In this document: positions 43,720 through 54,963 of the stretch, in pieces
How positions within the stretch are numbered: the first letter of the stretch is position 1
Layout: every line of letters starts with the position of its first letter
Source: an uncultured Pseudomonadales bacterium
GTDB taxonomy: Bacteria; Patescibacteriota; Microgenomatia; UBA1400; PJMF01
Assembly: GCA_964509285.1 (NCBI GenBank)
Contig: CAZDWQ010000002.1
Location: 1 to 58,216, forward strand
Length of the DNA: 58,216 nt
Direction of reading: 5' to 3'
Position numbers and translations under genes: made by a program
Notes under the pieces: generated by a model
Seen by the model: only the letters and a program-made list of their open reading frames with translations
The model's database searches: none
Told to the model about the DNA's origin: nothing

Positions 43720-44775
43720 TTATTCACCTAATAATCTGTGTATATCCTCTGGCCTAAACGCATGTTGCAACGCAGTTTCTTTTGAAATTGCTCCTCGTTG
43801 TACTAGTTGTTGCAAATAGGTTTCAAATAATATCATACCCTGGTCAGCAGAAGTTTGAATCACGGAATCAATTTGGTGAGTCTTTTGTTCACGAACTAAG
43901 TTAGCCATTGCCGGAGTTGCCACCAAAATTTCGAGTGCTGGTACACGGCCGCCACCAATAGCTGGCAGTAATCTTTGAGCCACAATCGCCTTAATTGTTG
44001 CTGCTAACTGCTGTCTGACCTGACTCTGTTGATGAGCAGGGAACACGTCAATAATACGATCAACTGTTTGAGCAGCGCTAGAAGTATGTAGCGTTGCAAA
44101 CACTAAATGGCCAGTCTCAGCAATCGTAATTGCAGAAGCAATTGTTTCATAATCACGCATTTCACCAATCAGCACTACGTCTGGATCTTCACGAAGCACA
44201 GACTTTAAAGCTACATTCCATGAATGGGTATCATGGTTTATCTCTCTTTGAGAAATAATACTTCGTTTTGGTTTGTATAAAAACTCAACAGGGTCTTCAA
44301 TCGTGACAATATGCTCACTTCTGGTAGAGTTAATTTCATCAATCATACCCGCCAAAGTTGTTGATTTTCCTTCACCGGTAGGACCAGTTAGCAACACTAA
44401 ACCCTGACTATATCTGGTAAATTCATGCAAAATTGGTGGCAATTGCAACTCATCCAAAGTTTTAATTTGCGTAGGAATCAAACGCATCGCAGCCGCAAGC
44501 GCACCTTGGCTATGATATACGTTTACACGGAACCTGCCTTTTTCTTTAAACTGATACCCAAAATCCAACTCTTTGTTGACTGTCACAAAATCCTTTTGTT
44601 CTTGAGTCATGATTGGGTAGATCAAACTTTCAGCTTGCTCTGAGTTTAGAGATGGGGTACCTTCAACTGCTTGTAGTTCACCATGGATACGAATCATTGG
44701 CGGAGTACCAACAATTACATGGATATCAGAACCATTTTGGTTGATCAACATGTCCATAATATCGTGAATGTTCAT
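43720..44775 (-). CDS. pilT: type IV pilus retraction ATPase PilT
   Basis: SDIHV..., Walker A LLTGPTGEGKSTT, VLIGEMRD, LVFATLHT. 351 aa. Confidence 0.9.
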   Translation of the reverse strand: MNIHDIMDMLINQNGSDIHVIVGTPPMIRIHGELQAVEGTPSLNSEQAESLIYPIMTQEQKDFVTVNKELDFGYQFKEKGRFRVNVYHSQGALAAAMRLIPTQIKTLDELQLPPILHEFTRYSQGLVLLTGPTGEGKSTTLAGMIDEINSTRSEHIVTIEDPVEFLYKPKRSIISQREINHDTHSWNVALKSVLREDPDVVLIGEMRDYETIASAITIAETGHLVFATLHTSSAAQTVDRIIDVFPAHQQSQVRQQLAATIKAIVAQRLLPAIGGGRVPALEILVATPAMANLVREQKTHQIDSVIQTSADQGMILFETYLQQLVQRGAISKETALQHAFRPEDIHRLLGE

Positions 44776-44796
44776 AGTTTTTTTATTTCCTTTTTT

Positions 44797-47034
44797 CTAA
44801 ATTTCTGCCACACGTAAGACCTCTTCTACTGTTGTAATTCCCTCAAGAGCTTTAATATATCCGTCTTGCTTCATAAATAGCATACCATCTTCTACCGCAA
44901 GTTTTTCCATTTCTGTTGCCGGTTTTCGCTCCAAAATCAGTTTGCCAATCTTTTCTGTAACTGGCATAACTTCAAAAATAGCCACACGACCTTTATATTC
45001 TGGCTCTGTTTGCGGCCGATCTTTTTTACCACGATACAAAATTATGTCGTTTGCAGATTTAATACCTTTTTTCTTGAGCCAATCATCAAGTTTTGGACCA
45101 AGCACCCTTTTAATATCTTCTATCACAGCTGGCTCAGGTTTATATTCTTCTTTGTAGGCTTCGTTGATTTTACGCACCACACGCTGAGCCATCGTTAAAG
45201 TCATAGAAGAAGCAAGCAAAAACGGCTCAGCTCCCATATCAAGCAAACGAGGAATTGCGCCTGCTGCACTAGAAGTGTGCAGAGTAGAGAAGACCAAATG
45301 ACCAGTTAAAGAAGCCTGGATTGCCAGCTCCGCCGTTTCTGAGTCACGAATTTCTCCCACCATGATAATGTTCGGATCTTGACGCAAGAATGAACGCAAA
45401 CCTGATGCAAACGTCAATCCCGCTTGCGGATTAATTTGCACCTGGTTAATTCCCACCATCTGGTACTCAACCGGGTCTTCCAAAGTCATAATATTCACTT
45501 TTGGCGTATTAATCGTATGCAAGACAGAGTAGAGAGTTGTAGTCTTACCAGATCCAGTAGGACCAGTGACCAACACAATCCCGTGAGGCACTTTAATTGC
45601 GTCTTTCACTCTGCTCAGAGCCACACCTAATAATCCCAACTCCTCAAGAGCCGGCACAGAAGCATCCTTTTTTAACAACCGCATCACGATTTTTTCACCG
45701 TGAATGGTTGGCAGGGTAGAGACACGAAGATCAACCTCAGCTCCACCAGAAACAAAGGTAAACCGACCATCTTGTGGAATACGCTTTTCATCAATTTTTA
45801 ACCCAGAAAGAATCTTGATACGAGAGACAACCGCTTCATGTACACTTCTTGGCAAAATTAACTTTTCAACCAAAATACCGTCAATTCTATATCGAACACG
45901 AGTGCGCTGTTCTTGAGGTTCGATGTGAACATCAGAAGCTCGAGCCTTCATAGCGAAAGCAACGATCGTTTGCACAATTTTAGTAATTGGAGCCTCGCGG
46001 ATTGTCTCACCAGATAAACCACTCAGATCCTGCTTCATCGCCTTGTCTTCAGCAACCTGAGATGTCTGCTCCAAGGCAGCGGTCACTTCACTTGATAGAC
46101 TTTGCGAATAGTTCTCGGCAATTTTGCGCTCGAGCTCTGAAGGCATTGCATAGTACGCAATAATCTTTAATCCAGACTTCTGCTCAGCAAAGTCAATGGC
46201 TGAAAGGTCAAGCGGATCCTTCATTGCCACTGTCAAATTATGCTTCTCTTTGTCAAATTCAAGGGGCAACATATTGTAGTTACGAGCCACACCCTCCGGC
46301 AGTTGGGTCAAAGCCTGAGGATCATTACCATATTCTGAAATATTTACGAATGGGATTTTATGGACCACAGATTTAGCCTGTGTAAGTTGTTCTTCTGTAA
46401 CAAATTTGTTTTCTTCCAGGATTGTTTCGAAAGTCTTGCCTGAACTCACATTCTCTACTAAAATTTGGTTGGCTTCATCCTGATCAAGAGCACCAGTGTC
46501 TTTCAACACTTCAACAATATTACTGTATGTTTTGTCTGGGTCAATTCCAGGAGCATCTTCAGGTTTTTTGATTGCACTTACCACGCCACCAGACTTAGCC
46601 AGTGCTGCTTGAGTTTGCAGCGTTTGAGGTGACAGAGAAGAAAGTGGGGCAGAACCGATATCTTGGACCGATTGTGCTGGTTGGACCTTAACTAACGGCA
46701 CTTCCATAACTTGTGGTTGTTCTGTTGGTGCCGCCTGTGTTGGAACTTCAGGAACAACATTTGTTTCATCCGCAGCACCTGGAGTAGAGTTCGCTGTCAA
46801 ATTTTCAGTTTCTTTTTCTAGTGATTCTGCAATTTTTGTAAGATCTGTGCCAGATAAAGGCGTCTCTGCTTGAACAGTTTGTTCAGCTGTCTGCATATCC
46901 ATAGGTGGAGTCGTAACAGCAGAAGCTACCGATGTTCCCGCGCCTAAACCAACGCTAGGGTCAGAACTTGAAACCCTTACTGGATCTGTTTGTGGTATTT
47001 GAACTGGATTTGTTGATTGGGCAGGATCAAACAT
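44797..47034 (-). CDS. pilB: type IV pilus assembly ATPase PilB (GspE family) with long low-complexity N-terminal extension
   Basis: Walker A VTGPTGSGKTTT, IMVGEIRD, LVFSTLHT. A GSPII_E N-terminal-like region is preceded by about 150 aa of Pro/Thr/Gln-rich sequence. Confidence 0.9.
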   Translation of the reverse strand: MFDPAQSTNPVQIPQTDPVRVSSSDPSVGLGAGTSVASAVTTPPMDMQTAEQTVQAETPLSGTDLTKIAESLEKETENLTANSTPGAADETNVVPEVPTQAAPTEQPQVMEVPLVKVQPAQSVQDIGSAPLSSLSPQTLQTQAALAKSGGVVSAIKKPEDAPGIDPDKTYSNIVEVLKDTGALDQDEANQILVENVSSGKTFETILEENKFVTEEQLTQAKSVVHKIPFVNISEYGNDPQALTQLPEGVARNYNMLPLEFDKEKHNLTVAMKDPLDLSAIDFAEQKSGLKIIAYYAMPSELERKIAENYSQSLSSEVTAALEQTSQVAEDKAMKQDLSGLSGETIREAPITKIVQTIVAFAMKARASDVHIEPQEQRTRVRYRIDGILVEKLILPRSVHEAVVSRIKILSGLKIDEKRIPQDGRFTFVSGGAEVDLRVSTLPTIHGEKIVMRLLKKDASVPALEELGLLGVALSRVKDAIKVPHGIVLVTGPTGSGKTTTLYSVLHTINTPKVNIMTLEDPVEYQMVGINQVQINPQAGLTFASGLRSFLRQDPNIIMVGEIRDSETAELAIQASLTGHLVFSTLHTSSAAGAIPRLLDMGAEPFLLASSMTLTMAQRVVRKINEAYKEEYKPEPAVIEDIKRVLGPKLDDWLKKKGIKSANDIILYRGKKDRPQTEPEYKGRVAIFEVMPVTEKIGKLILERKPATEMEKLAVEDGMLFMKQDGYIKALEGITTVEEVLRVAEI

Positions 47035-47102
47035 ACGGTATACACTTTTAGTACTTCTTGTAATACTATAAATTAAATTTAGTCGTCAGACAACTAATAA
47101 CA

Positions 47103-47813
47103 ATGAAATACATCTCATCAATCATTATTAAACCGGATTTAACACTCACAGCACTTGATTCTGTTATTTTATGGCTGCCTACCGAAACTAAAAGTAACTT
47201 TGATACCCAATCTATCTGCAATCAGGCAAACATCACCTTAATCAATCAGGTACGAGAAAGTATCAAAATCAAAACTGTGAGGGAGATAAAGGCCCAGCTC
47301 GCATATGGAACATACCAAGTTGGACAAACGAGATACCTTATTTTCTTAGATGCCCAGCTTCTTACCATTCCTGCCCAAAATGCTTTGCTGAAATCAATAG
47401 AAGAACCACCTACCAACACCCAACTTGTTTTTGTAACCCAAACTCCAGAAAAGTTACTAGAAACAATACGATCCCGCTGTCAAATGATACATATTATCGA
47501 TCCCAACAAAAGTGAAACACAATCAGAACTCAAAACCAACGAAATAAAAAACCTTTTTTCCGAGATTATAAACAGCAACCCCGGTCAAAAAATTACTATT
47601 GCCGCTAACTATAAAGAAAGAGAAGACTCGCTCTCACTGTGTAATACACTGCTAAAATTCTTGCATACAGAACTCAGTAATCCAAAAACTGAATTTACCA
47701 CAAAACAACTCACTCACAATCTAAAAATTTTGCTCAAAACTATTACTTATTTGGAACACAATACTAACGCAGCACTCACATTGGAGAATTGTTTTTTCGA
47801 ACTCCAAGCTTAA
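47103..47813 (+). CDS. holB: DNA polymerase III delta-prime-like clamp-loader subunit (short form)
   Basis: YLIFLDAQLLTIPAQNALLKSIEEPPTNTQLVFVTQTPEKLLETIRSRCQ (SRC motif). Confidence 0.65.
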   Translation: MKYISSIIIKPDLTLTALDSVILWLPTETKSNFDTQSICNQANITLINQVRESIKIKTVREIKAQLAYGTYQVGQTRYLIFLDAQLLTIPAQNALLKSIEEPPTNTQLVFVTQTPEKLLETIRSRCQMIHIIDPNKSETQSELKTNEIKNLFSEIINSNPGQKITIAANYKEREDSLSLCNTLLKFLHTELSNPKTEFTTKQLTHNLKILLKTITYLEHNTNAALTLENCFFELQA

Positions 47814-47823
47814 AGTTTTCAAT

Positions 47824-48273
47824 TTATTCTCCAACTCTTCTTCTCAGTCTTGTGTTATGTTTTTGAGGTCTCAAAATTTGGAAATTTCTTTGCTTATACA
47901 GCTCAATTCCGTGCCTCAAAATACCTACATGTACTTGTACCGTCTCATTTGAAAATAAGTTTGCAGAAACGTTCTCTATATACTGTCCAAGCGTGTTCAA
48001 CAGTACATTCATTCGTTCTGCTTTTGCTGGTGTTAATTCTCCAGTATCTTCTGCAACAATTTTTGTTACCAGTGTGTGCAAATTGCGAAATAGTTCTGGC
48101 TTTTGGTAACCCTGCAACAAAACCTTTGGGTCATCAATACAATCAATAAGAATGGCAACTTCAATACCAAAAGCACCTTGTTCTAACAACTCTGTTATTT
48201 GCCGTGTGACATGCTCAGAATGTTGGTTACTAATTCTAATCACAGGTTCTTTATCTTGATGTGTTCTAATCAT
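47824..48273 (-). CDS. hypothetical protein
   Basis: A 149-aa ORF with no motif recognised. Confidence 0.45.
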   Translation of the reverse strand: MIRTHQDKEPVIRISNQHSEHVTRQITELLEQGAFGIEVAILIDCIDDPKVLLQGYQKPELFRNLHTLVTKIVAEDTGELTPAKAERMNVLLNTLGQYIENVSANLFSNETVQVHVGILRHGIELYKQRNFQILRPQKHNTRLRRRVGE

Positions 48274-48610
48274 AAGTTTTCTTATTTTAACACATTTTTT
48301 AATATATCAAAATATATAGCAATGGTATTTAACATACAGCAATATATCTTGATACAACGCCATTTTTATTTCGAATAACAAATTAGCAGTATTACCATTA
48401 GACTGCCAGAGTCCTAGATAAATTATTTTCCTCAAGTAATATAACTGCAAGCCCTCCAAAGCTAGCAAAACCGGATTTTATTTATAAAAATGCTACTATC
48501 CACAGTGTCAAATTTGCTGTATATTATTTTGTAATTCACATAGTCCCGCTGTATAACTTCCTGCCAATGTGATATAAAAAGTATCTCATTATTTTTAGAT
48601 TGAAATAGCT

Positions 48611-50632
48611 ATGGCCAAACAACAAGAATCGCACTATCAAGCATCAGAAATCAAGGTCCTTGAAGGCCTTGAACCTGTTCGTAAAAGACCGGGTATGTAT
48701 ATCGGTTCTACCGATGCTCGTGGACTCCATCATTTAGCAAAAGAAATTCTTGATAACGCTGTTGACGAAGCTATCGCGGGCTTTGGAAAAAAGATCCAAT
48801 TATATTTGTCTCCACTCACAGAAGAACAAGTCAAACTCATCGCTGACAAAGAAGCAGGGGACCAAGCAATTACTGTCGTTGACGAAGGTCGTGGTATCCC
48901 AGTCGATATGCACGCTTCCGGCGTTTCTGCATTAGAAGTTGTTATGACAAAATTGCACGCTGGTGGTAAGTTTGAAGAAACTGCCTACCAAGCTTCTGGT
49001 GGTTTGCACGGGGTTGGTTCGAGTGCCGTGAATGCGTTGTCTACTTTGCTACAAGTTATCGTCAAACGTGATAATAAATTCCACTATCAAGCCCACTCAC
49101 GTGGTATTCCTTTTGAAAGAGTCAAAGTTATCTCCGAAGCTGAAGTTATTAAAATGTTTCCACAACAGTCTGCGCAGTTCATTAAAAATAAAACTGGTAC
49201 ATTGCTTTCATTTGTCCCGGACCCAACTATTTTTTCTACCACAAAGTTCAGTCATCATACTTTAATCAACGTTGTTAAAGACCGCGCATATTTAATGGCA
49301 GGCATTTACTTTGAGTTCTCAGACTTATTTTTAAACACTAATCAGCATTACTACTATGAAAGTGGTATTCGTTCCTTGGTTGAACATATCAACATGACCA
49401 AAAAGGCATTGCATGATGTTATGTATCTTAATCAAACATGGGAAGACGAAGAAACTCATAAAAAAATTGGAGTTGAGATTGCCTTGCAATATAACGATTC
49501 TTATAACGAACGGTTGGAATCATATGTCAACGTGATTCACACTCCTGATGGTGGGGCACACGTGAATGGATTTAGAACTGCTCTGGGCTATGTATTGCGC
49601 GACTATGCTAAAAAATATGGTTTATTAAAAGAAAAAGAATCATTCACTCCTGATGACATGAAAGAAGGTTTGGCTGCAGTTATCTTCGTGAAGATGCCTT
49701 CTAATGATTTGCAGTTCGAATCACAGACCAAAACGAAACTAAATAACTCTGAAGCACAAACTGCTGTCTACCAAATTCTGAAAGATGGCTTTACTACATT
49801 CCTGGAAGAAAATCCAAAGGCGGGGAAGACAATTATTGATAAGATCATGTTGTCTGCTCGCGCGCGCATGGCTGCGCGCGCTGCCAAGGACGCCGTCATT
49901 CGCAAAGGCGTCCTTGAGGGCAGTACTCTGCCGGGAAAACTGGCAGACTGCCAGAGCAGAGATGCTTCAGAAGCAGAAATTTATATTGTTGAGGGTGACT
50001 CAGCAGGTGGTTCCGCAAAGCAGGGCAGAGACCGTAAGTTCCAGGCAATCTTCCCACTTCGTGGCAAGATCCTGAATACAGAACGTGCCCGCCTCGATAA
50101 AATCGTCGCTTTTGAAGAACTTAAAAACCTCGTCATCGCCCTCGGCGCTGGAATCGGGGAGACCTTCAATCCAGAAAAACTTCGCTACCATCGTATTATT
50201 CTCATGAACGATGCTGACGTTGACGGTGAACATATTACAACTCTTGGTTTAACGTTCTTCTTTAGACATTTGCCACAAATAGTAGAGCAGGGGTATCTGT
50301 ATATCGCTATGCCACCACTCTACAAAATTAAACATGGCAAAACTGAAAAATACGTCTATTCAGATGAAGAAAAAGACGCGTATACCAGAGAAGTGCTCGC
50401 CAAAAATAAAGATGAAAAATTTGGCATTCAACGCTATAAAGGTCTTGGAGAAATGAACCCTGAACAACTCTGGGATACTACCATGAATCCAGAATTCAGA
50501 ATGCTCAAGCGCGTCACGATCGCCGACGCTGTTAAAGCAGACCAAACTTTCACCACCTTGATGGGTGATGAAGTTGCGCCAAGAAAGAAATTTATTCAGT
50601 CACACGCTAAGTTAGCAACTATTGATATTTAA
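48611..50632 (+). CDS. gyrB: DNA gyrase subunit B
   Basis: YQASEIKVLEGLEPVRKRPGMYIGST, GLHHLAKEILDNAVDE, Toprim EIYIVEGDSAGGSAKQGRDR, and PLRGKILN. Confidence 0.97.
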   Translation: MAKQQESHYQASEIKVLEGLEPVRKRPGMYIGSTDARGLHHLAKEILDNAVDEAIAGFGKKIQLYLSPLTEEQVKLIADKEAGDQAITVVDEGRGIPVDMHASGVSALEVVMTKLHAGGKFEETAYQASGGLHGVGSSAVNALSTLLQVIVKRDNKFHYQAHSRGIPFERVKVISEAEVIKMFPQQSAQFIKNKTGTLLSFVPDPTIFSTTKFSHHTLINVVKDRAYLMAGIYFEFSDLFLNTNQHYYYESGIRSLVEHINMTKKALHDVMYLNQTWEDEETHKKIGVEIALQYNDSYNERLESYVNVIHTPDGGAHVNGFRTALGYVLRDYAKKYGLLKEKESFTPDDMKEGLAAVIFVKMPSNDLQFESQTKTKLNNSEAQTAVYQILKDGFTTFLEENPKAGKTIIDKIMLSARARMAARAAKDAVIRKGVLEGSTLPGKLADCQSRDASEAEIYIVEGDSAGGSAKQGRDRKFQAIFPLRGKILNTERARLDKIVAFEELKNLVIALGAGIGETFNPEKLRYHRIILMNDADVDGEHITTLGLTFFFRHLPQIVEQGYLYIAMPPLYKIKHGKTEKYVYSDEEKDAYTREVLAKNKDEKFGIQRYKGLGEMNPEQLWDTTMNPEFRMLKRVTIADAVKADQTFTTLMGDEVAPRKKFIQSHAKLATIDI

Positions 50633-50678
50633 AAAAATCGCGGCAGCAGAAAAACACCTGCTTGAAAGGAACAAAATT

Positions 50679-51638
50679 ATGAAAACCACATACATCACCG
50701 GCCACACTAAACCAGATACAGACGCTGTCGTTGCAGCAATGGCTTTTGAATACCTCTGCAAAAATTGGCCAGAAATGGGTTACGAAAACCCAACTGCTGT
50801 CATAACCGATCCTCTCAACCCAGAAACTCAATTTTTATTCGAAAAATTTGGTGTGAGTGCTCCAAAATTGATCTCCGCAACCGATTTAAACGAAAATACT
50901 CAAGTAGTTTTGGTTGACCACAACGAAGCTTCACAAAGAATGGCTGGACTTGATAGTTCTGACCTGGCCGACCAACAAATTGTTGAAATAGTTGACCACC
51001 ACAAAGCAAACATCAACTTTAACAACCCAATTTATCTTACTTTCAAGCCTTGGGGCTCAACTTGTTCAATCGTCTACTATTTAATGAAAAAACTTGGAGT
51101 CAAACCAGATAAAACTTTAGCTTCCCTTATGTTAGCTTCAATTTTGTCAGACACAGTTGGCTACAAATCTGCAACTTGTACTCCTCATGACCAGAAATTC
51201 GGCGGAGAGTTGGCAGAACTCGCAGGTATCAAAGAAGTAGATACTTTCACTTTAGAAATTTTCAAGGCAAAATCTAACATTTCTTCATTAACTGATGAAC
51301 AAATTATCAAAAATGACTATAAAGTGTTCGAATTTGGCAAAAAAACCATGATCGACCAACTCGAAACAGTTGAACAAGACTTAGTTATGACCCAGAAAAA
51401 GGCAAGTTTGCTCAAAGCAATGGAAACTGTAAAAGCAGAACTTGGTGCAGAACTCATTTTTGTGGCCATTACCGATATTCTCAAAGTAAATACCAAACTT
51501 CTTATCCTTGGTGACGCAGAAAAAGTAGTAGCAGAAAAAGCTTTTGGCGGCACAACCGTTGATAATGTCCTTGATATTGGCTCAAGAATGTCTCGTAAAA
51601 AAGAAATTGCTCCTGCCATAGAAACCGCACTCAAATAA
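50679..51638 (+). CDS. ppaC: family II (DHH/DHHA2) manganese-dependent inorganic pyrophosphatase; start moved to internal Met
   Basis: MKTTYITGHTKPDTDAVVAAMAF, LVDHNE, IVDHHK, and the DHHA2 C-terminus. An RBS (AAAGGA) lies 8 nt upstream of ATG 50679. Confidence 0.8.
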   Translation: MKTTYITGHTKPDTDAVVAAMAFEYLCKNWPEMGYENPTAVITDPLNPETQFLFEKFGVSAPKLISATDLNENTQVVLVDHNEASQRMAGLDSSDLADQQIVEIVDHHKANINFNNPIYLTFKPWGSTCSIVYYLMKKLGVKPDKTLASLMLASILSDTVGYKSATCTPHDQKFGGELAELAGIKEVDTFTLEIFKAKSNISSLTDEQIIKNDYKVFEFGKKTMIDQLETVEQDLVMTQKKASLLKAMETVKAELGAELIFVAITDILKVNTKLLILGDAEKVVAEKAFGGTTVDNVLDIGSRMSRKKEIAPAIETALK

Positions 51639-51673
51639 GTAAACAAAGAATACTAACTAACTAGAAAACACAT

Positions 51674-54451
51674 ATGGCAGACTCACAAGAAAAAGACGAT
51701 ATTATCGAAGAAATCAAGCAAGAAGTTGCAGATATTGAAGAAGCAGACCAAGTAGCTGAAAAAGTGAAATTACAAGAAGCTAACTCTGAAGAAGTTAATC
51801 AAGCTTTAATAGGCACAGTTGAAGACACCCGGTTTGGCAAAATGAAGTTCATCTCTATTAAAGAAGAGATGGAAAAAAGTTACCTCGACTACGCCATGAG
51901 CGTTATCGTTTCTCGTGCACTTCCAGATGTGCGTGACGGTCTCAAACCTGTTCACAGACGTATTTTGTACTCCATGCACCGTAGTGGTATTCATTGGAAC
52001 TCCGCATACAAAAAATCCGCCCGTATTGTTGGAGACGTCTTGGGTAAATATCACCCACATGGTGATGCCCCTGTGTACATGGCAATGGTCAGGTTAGCTC
52101 AAGATTTTAGCATGCGCTACGAATTGATTGATGGCCAAGGTAACTTTGGTTCTGTTGATGGTGATAGTCCAGCTGCAATGCGGTATACCGAAGCTAGAAT
52201 GGCCAAGATTACTCGAGAACTTTTGCAAGATATTGATAAAAATACCGTTCCGTTTTCTGATAACTTTGATGGTTCACTTCAAGAACCAGATGTTTTGCCA
52301 GCAAAATTGCCAAACTTACTCCTCATGGGTTCAGAAGGTATTGCTGTTGGTATGGCTACCAAAATTCCACCTCATAACTTAACCGAGGTCATTGCTGCTA
52401 CTGTCGCAACCATAAAAGCAGGAAAAGCAGTTTTAAATGCTGAAAAATCAGTGGCCCTCCCAGAAAGAGGCGTCAAAAAAGGCAACAAAGAAGACGAAAT
52501 CAAGAACATGCACGCCCAGATCGATGCATTATTGGCAACTGACTCAGCAATTCTTGCAGGTGAGTTTGACAGTGAAATCAGCATCGATGAAATCATGCAA
52601 CATATTAATGGTCCAGATTTCCCAACCGGTGGTATTATGTACGACTTTGAAGCAATCAAAGAAGGGTACCGAACAGGCAAGGGTAGAGTAGTTACTCGAG
52701 CAAAAACTGAAATTACAGAAGATAAAAAGGGTCGTTGGCACATTATCGTCACCGAGCTTCCATACCAGGTAAACAAGGCCCGATTACTCGAAAAAATTGC
52801 CCAGATGGTTCGAGATAAAAAAATTGAAGGTATCAAAGACCTTAATGACGATTCAGACAGAAATGGTCTACAAATTACTATTGATTTGAAAAAAGACGCA
52901 ATTCCTAAGGTCGTTTTGAACAAATTGTTCAAGTATTCAGAACTACAAACCACTTTCTCAATGAACGTCGTGGCTCTTAACTCTGAAGGCACACCTCAAC
53001 TCATGAATATTCGCCAGATCTTGATGGAATATATTGCTCACAGACAGCTCATGATCGTCAAGAGAAGTCAAAATGAGCTCAAAGAAGCTCGAAACCGTGC
53101 TCACATCTTGGAAGGCTTATTGATTGCGCTCGCAAATCTGGACGATGTCATAGACACAATCAGAAAGTCAAAAACCAGTGAAGACGCAAAAGAAGCCTTA
53201 ATGAAAAAGTTTGGCCTTTCTGAAGCACAATCTCTGGCAATTCTTGACATGCAACTCAAAAGATTAGCAGCTCTCGAAAGACAAAAAATTGAAGAAGAGT
53301 ATGAAGCAATCAAAAAGATTCTTGATGATTTGATTACACTTTTGAGCCACCCACAGGCAATTTTAGATGTCATTGTTAACGAAGCAAATGAATTAGTTAC
53401 CCTCTACGGCGACGCAAGAAGAACTAAATTGGTAAAAGGCAAGATTGGCGAGTTTTCTGAACAAGACCTGGTTGCCAGTGAAGAAGTTGTCATTACCTTG
53501 ACTGAAACCGGCTACATCAAACGCATGACCCCAGACACCTTTAGATCACAGAGTAGGGGAGGAAAAGGGAGCGTCGGCCTCAAGATGAAGGCAGAAGACG
53601 TGGTTCAAACCTTGCTGACCGTGAATACCCACGACACATTGATGGTTTTCACCAACACCGGGCGTGTATTCAAACTCAAAGCGTTCGAAATTCCAGAATC
53701 TTCAAGAACTGCAAAAGGTACTGCAATCGTTAACATCATTAACCTGCAACAAGAAGAAAAAGTACTTTCTATCCTAGTAATTGATGAAAAGAAAGATGCT
53801 GATAAATACATTACCTTTGCCACAACCCAAGGTTTGGTCAAGAAAACTGCCGTGAAATTATATGACAATATTCGTCAAAACGGTATTATTGCCATCACCT
53901 TGAATGAAGGCGACACTGTTGTCAAAGGCACACTTACCTCTGGTACAGATGAACTCATCATGATTACCCACGAGGGTAAATGTATCAGATTTGACGAAGC
54001 AGAAGTCAAGGCAAGTAACCGCGACACCAAAGGCGTGAAGGGTATGACTATCAAACGAGAAGACTTTGTTGTTGGATTTGAAGTTATTGATGCTGAAGAT
54101 CTTGAATCAAGTAACGAAAAGACCCAGCTCTTGATTGTTACCGAAAACGGCATGGGTAAACGAACTAAGCTAGATCAATATCCAAAACAGAAACGCTCGG
54201 GAATGGGTGTTAAGGTAGCCGACATCACTAAACGTACTGGTATGGTATCGAGTGCACGCAAAGTAAACACTGATATTCACTCAGATTTGGTGATTACTAC
54301 TCTAGATGGGCAGACAATCAAAATGCCAATCGCTAAGAAATCTATTCCTGTCCTTACTAGACCAACCCAAGGGGTTATCTTGATGAGACTCAAAGGTGAC
54401 AACAAAGTTGCAGCTGTGGCTTTGACGCTGAAGAAGGAAGAGGAAGAGTAG
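51674..54451 (+). CDS. gyrA: DNA gyrase subunit A
   Basis: [32 protein letters not shown], active-site [10 protein letters not shown], and the C-terminal beta-pinwheel repeats. Confidence 0.97.
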   Translation: MADSQEKDDIIEEIKQEVADIEEADQVAEKVKLQEANSEEVNQALIGTVEDTRFGKMKFISIKEEMEKSYLDYAMSVIVSRALPDVRDGLKPVHRRILYSMHRSGIHWNSAYKKSARIVGDVLGKYHPHGDAPVYMAMVRLAQDFSMRYELIDGQGNFGSVDGDSPAAMRYTEARMAKITRELLQDIDKNTVPFSDNFDGSLQEPDVLPAKLPNLLLMGSEGIAVGMATKIPPHNLTEVIAATVATIKAGKAVLNAEKSVALPERGVKKGNKEDEIKNMHAQIDALLATDSAILAGEFDSEISIDEIMQHINGPDFPTGGIMYDFEAIKEGYRTGKGRVVTRAKTEITEDKKGRWHIIVTELPYQVNKARLLEKIAQMVRDKKIEGIKDLNDDSDRNGLQITIDLKKDAIPKVVLNKLFKYSELQTTFSMNVVALNSEGTPQLMNIRQILMEYIAHRQLMIVKRSQNELKEARNRAHILEGLLIALANLDDVIDTIRKSKTSEDAKEALMKKFGLSEAQSLAILDMQLKRLAALERQKIEEEYEAIKKILDDLITLLSHPQAILDVIVNEANELVTLYGDARRTKLVKGKIGEFSEQDLVASEEVVITLTETGYIKRMTPDTFRSQSRGGKGSVGLKMKAEDVVQTLLTVNTHDTLMVFTNTGRVFKLKAFEIPESSRTAKGTAIVNIINLQQEEKVLSILVIDEKKDADKYITFATTQGLVKKTAVKLYDNIRQNGIIAITLNEGDTVVKGTLTSGTDELIMITHEGKCIRFDEAEVKASNRDTKGVKGMTIKREDFVVGFEVIDAEDLESSNEKTQLLIVTENGMGKRTKLDQYPKQKRSGMGVKVADITKRTGMVSSARKVNTDIHSDLVITTLDGQTIKMPIAKKSIPVLTRPTQGVILMRLKGDNKVAAVALTLKKEEEE

Positions 54452-54453
54452 AA

Positions 54454-54771
54454 TTACCCTTCTGTGAGAATCTTTATATAGTCAGATTTTTTAGCTTGAT
54501 GCAAAATCACATTTGTCCAGGGAAAATGAATCCAATCGCCTTTTTCTTCACTATTTTTTTGTGCTGATTTAGTAAAACCATCGCTATATTCTTTGCTTTT
54601 GTCTTTGTCAGATTTAAATGGGTTATTTATTTTTGCCAACTCGAGATTCTGAACCTTGAACAAATCAATCACGATGAGCTTATTCTCGTTCTTAAAAAAG
54701 GCAATATCTTCTTTACTATACTGACCCTCATAAAAAATTTTTGGTATTTCTGGGTTATTACTGTTATCCAT
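54454..54771 (-). CDS. hypothetical protein (start trimmed to Met outside the tRNA)
   Basis: The track ORF 54454..54840 runs into the tRNA gene. The first Met outside it gives MDNSNNPEIPKIFYEG..., 105 aa. Confidence 0.4.
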   Translation of the reverse strand: MDNSNNPEIPKIFYEGQYSKEDIAFFKNENKLIVIDLFKVQNLELAKINNPFKSDKDKSKEYSDGFTKSAQKNSEEKGDWIHFPWTNVILHQAKKSDYIKILTEG

Positions 54772-54798
54772 AAGTGAAAGTATTTTAGTTAGCTTCTG

Positions 54799-54872
54799 TG
54801 GACCTGAGGGGATTCGAACCCCTGACCTTTTGTATGCCATACAAACGCGCTAACCAGCTGCGCTACAGGCCC
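54799..54872 (-). tRNA. tRNA-Ala (anticodon GGC), no encoded CCA
   Basis: The minus strand reads GGGCCTG-TA-GCGC-AGCTGGTTA-GCGC-G-TTTGT-ATGGCAT-ACAAA-AGGTC-AGGGG-TTCGAAT-CCCCT-CAGGTCC-A. This folds as a cloverleaf and carries the G3:U70 Ala identity pair. Confidence 0.9.
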
Positions 54873-54963
54873 AAACAAACATCAGCTTGTATTCTATAAA
54901 ACAACTTGAGAACAAACAATAGCAAATCAATGAAAAAACTGATACCATTATTATCAACATATT

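Noticed and set aside
48274-48610. Possible oriC upstream of gyrB
   Set aside because: The region is AT-rich and contains one near-consensus DnaA box (cTATCCACA, about 48496-48504). However, I find only a single box, and there is no dnaA or dnaN nearby. That is insufficient.
54772-54840. N-terminal 23 codons of ORF 54454..54840
   Set aside because: This part is encoded by the tRNA-Ala gene sequence itself (MAYKRSGVRIPSGPQ is a typical tRNA read-through translation). I trimmed the ORF to the first Met outside the tRNA.
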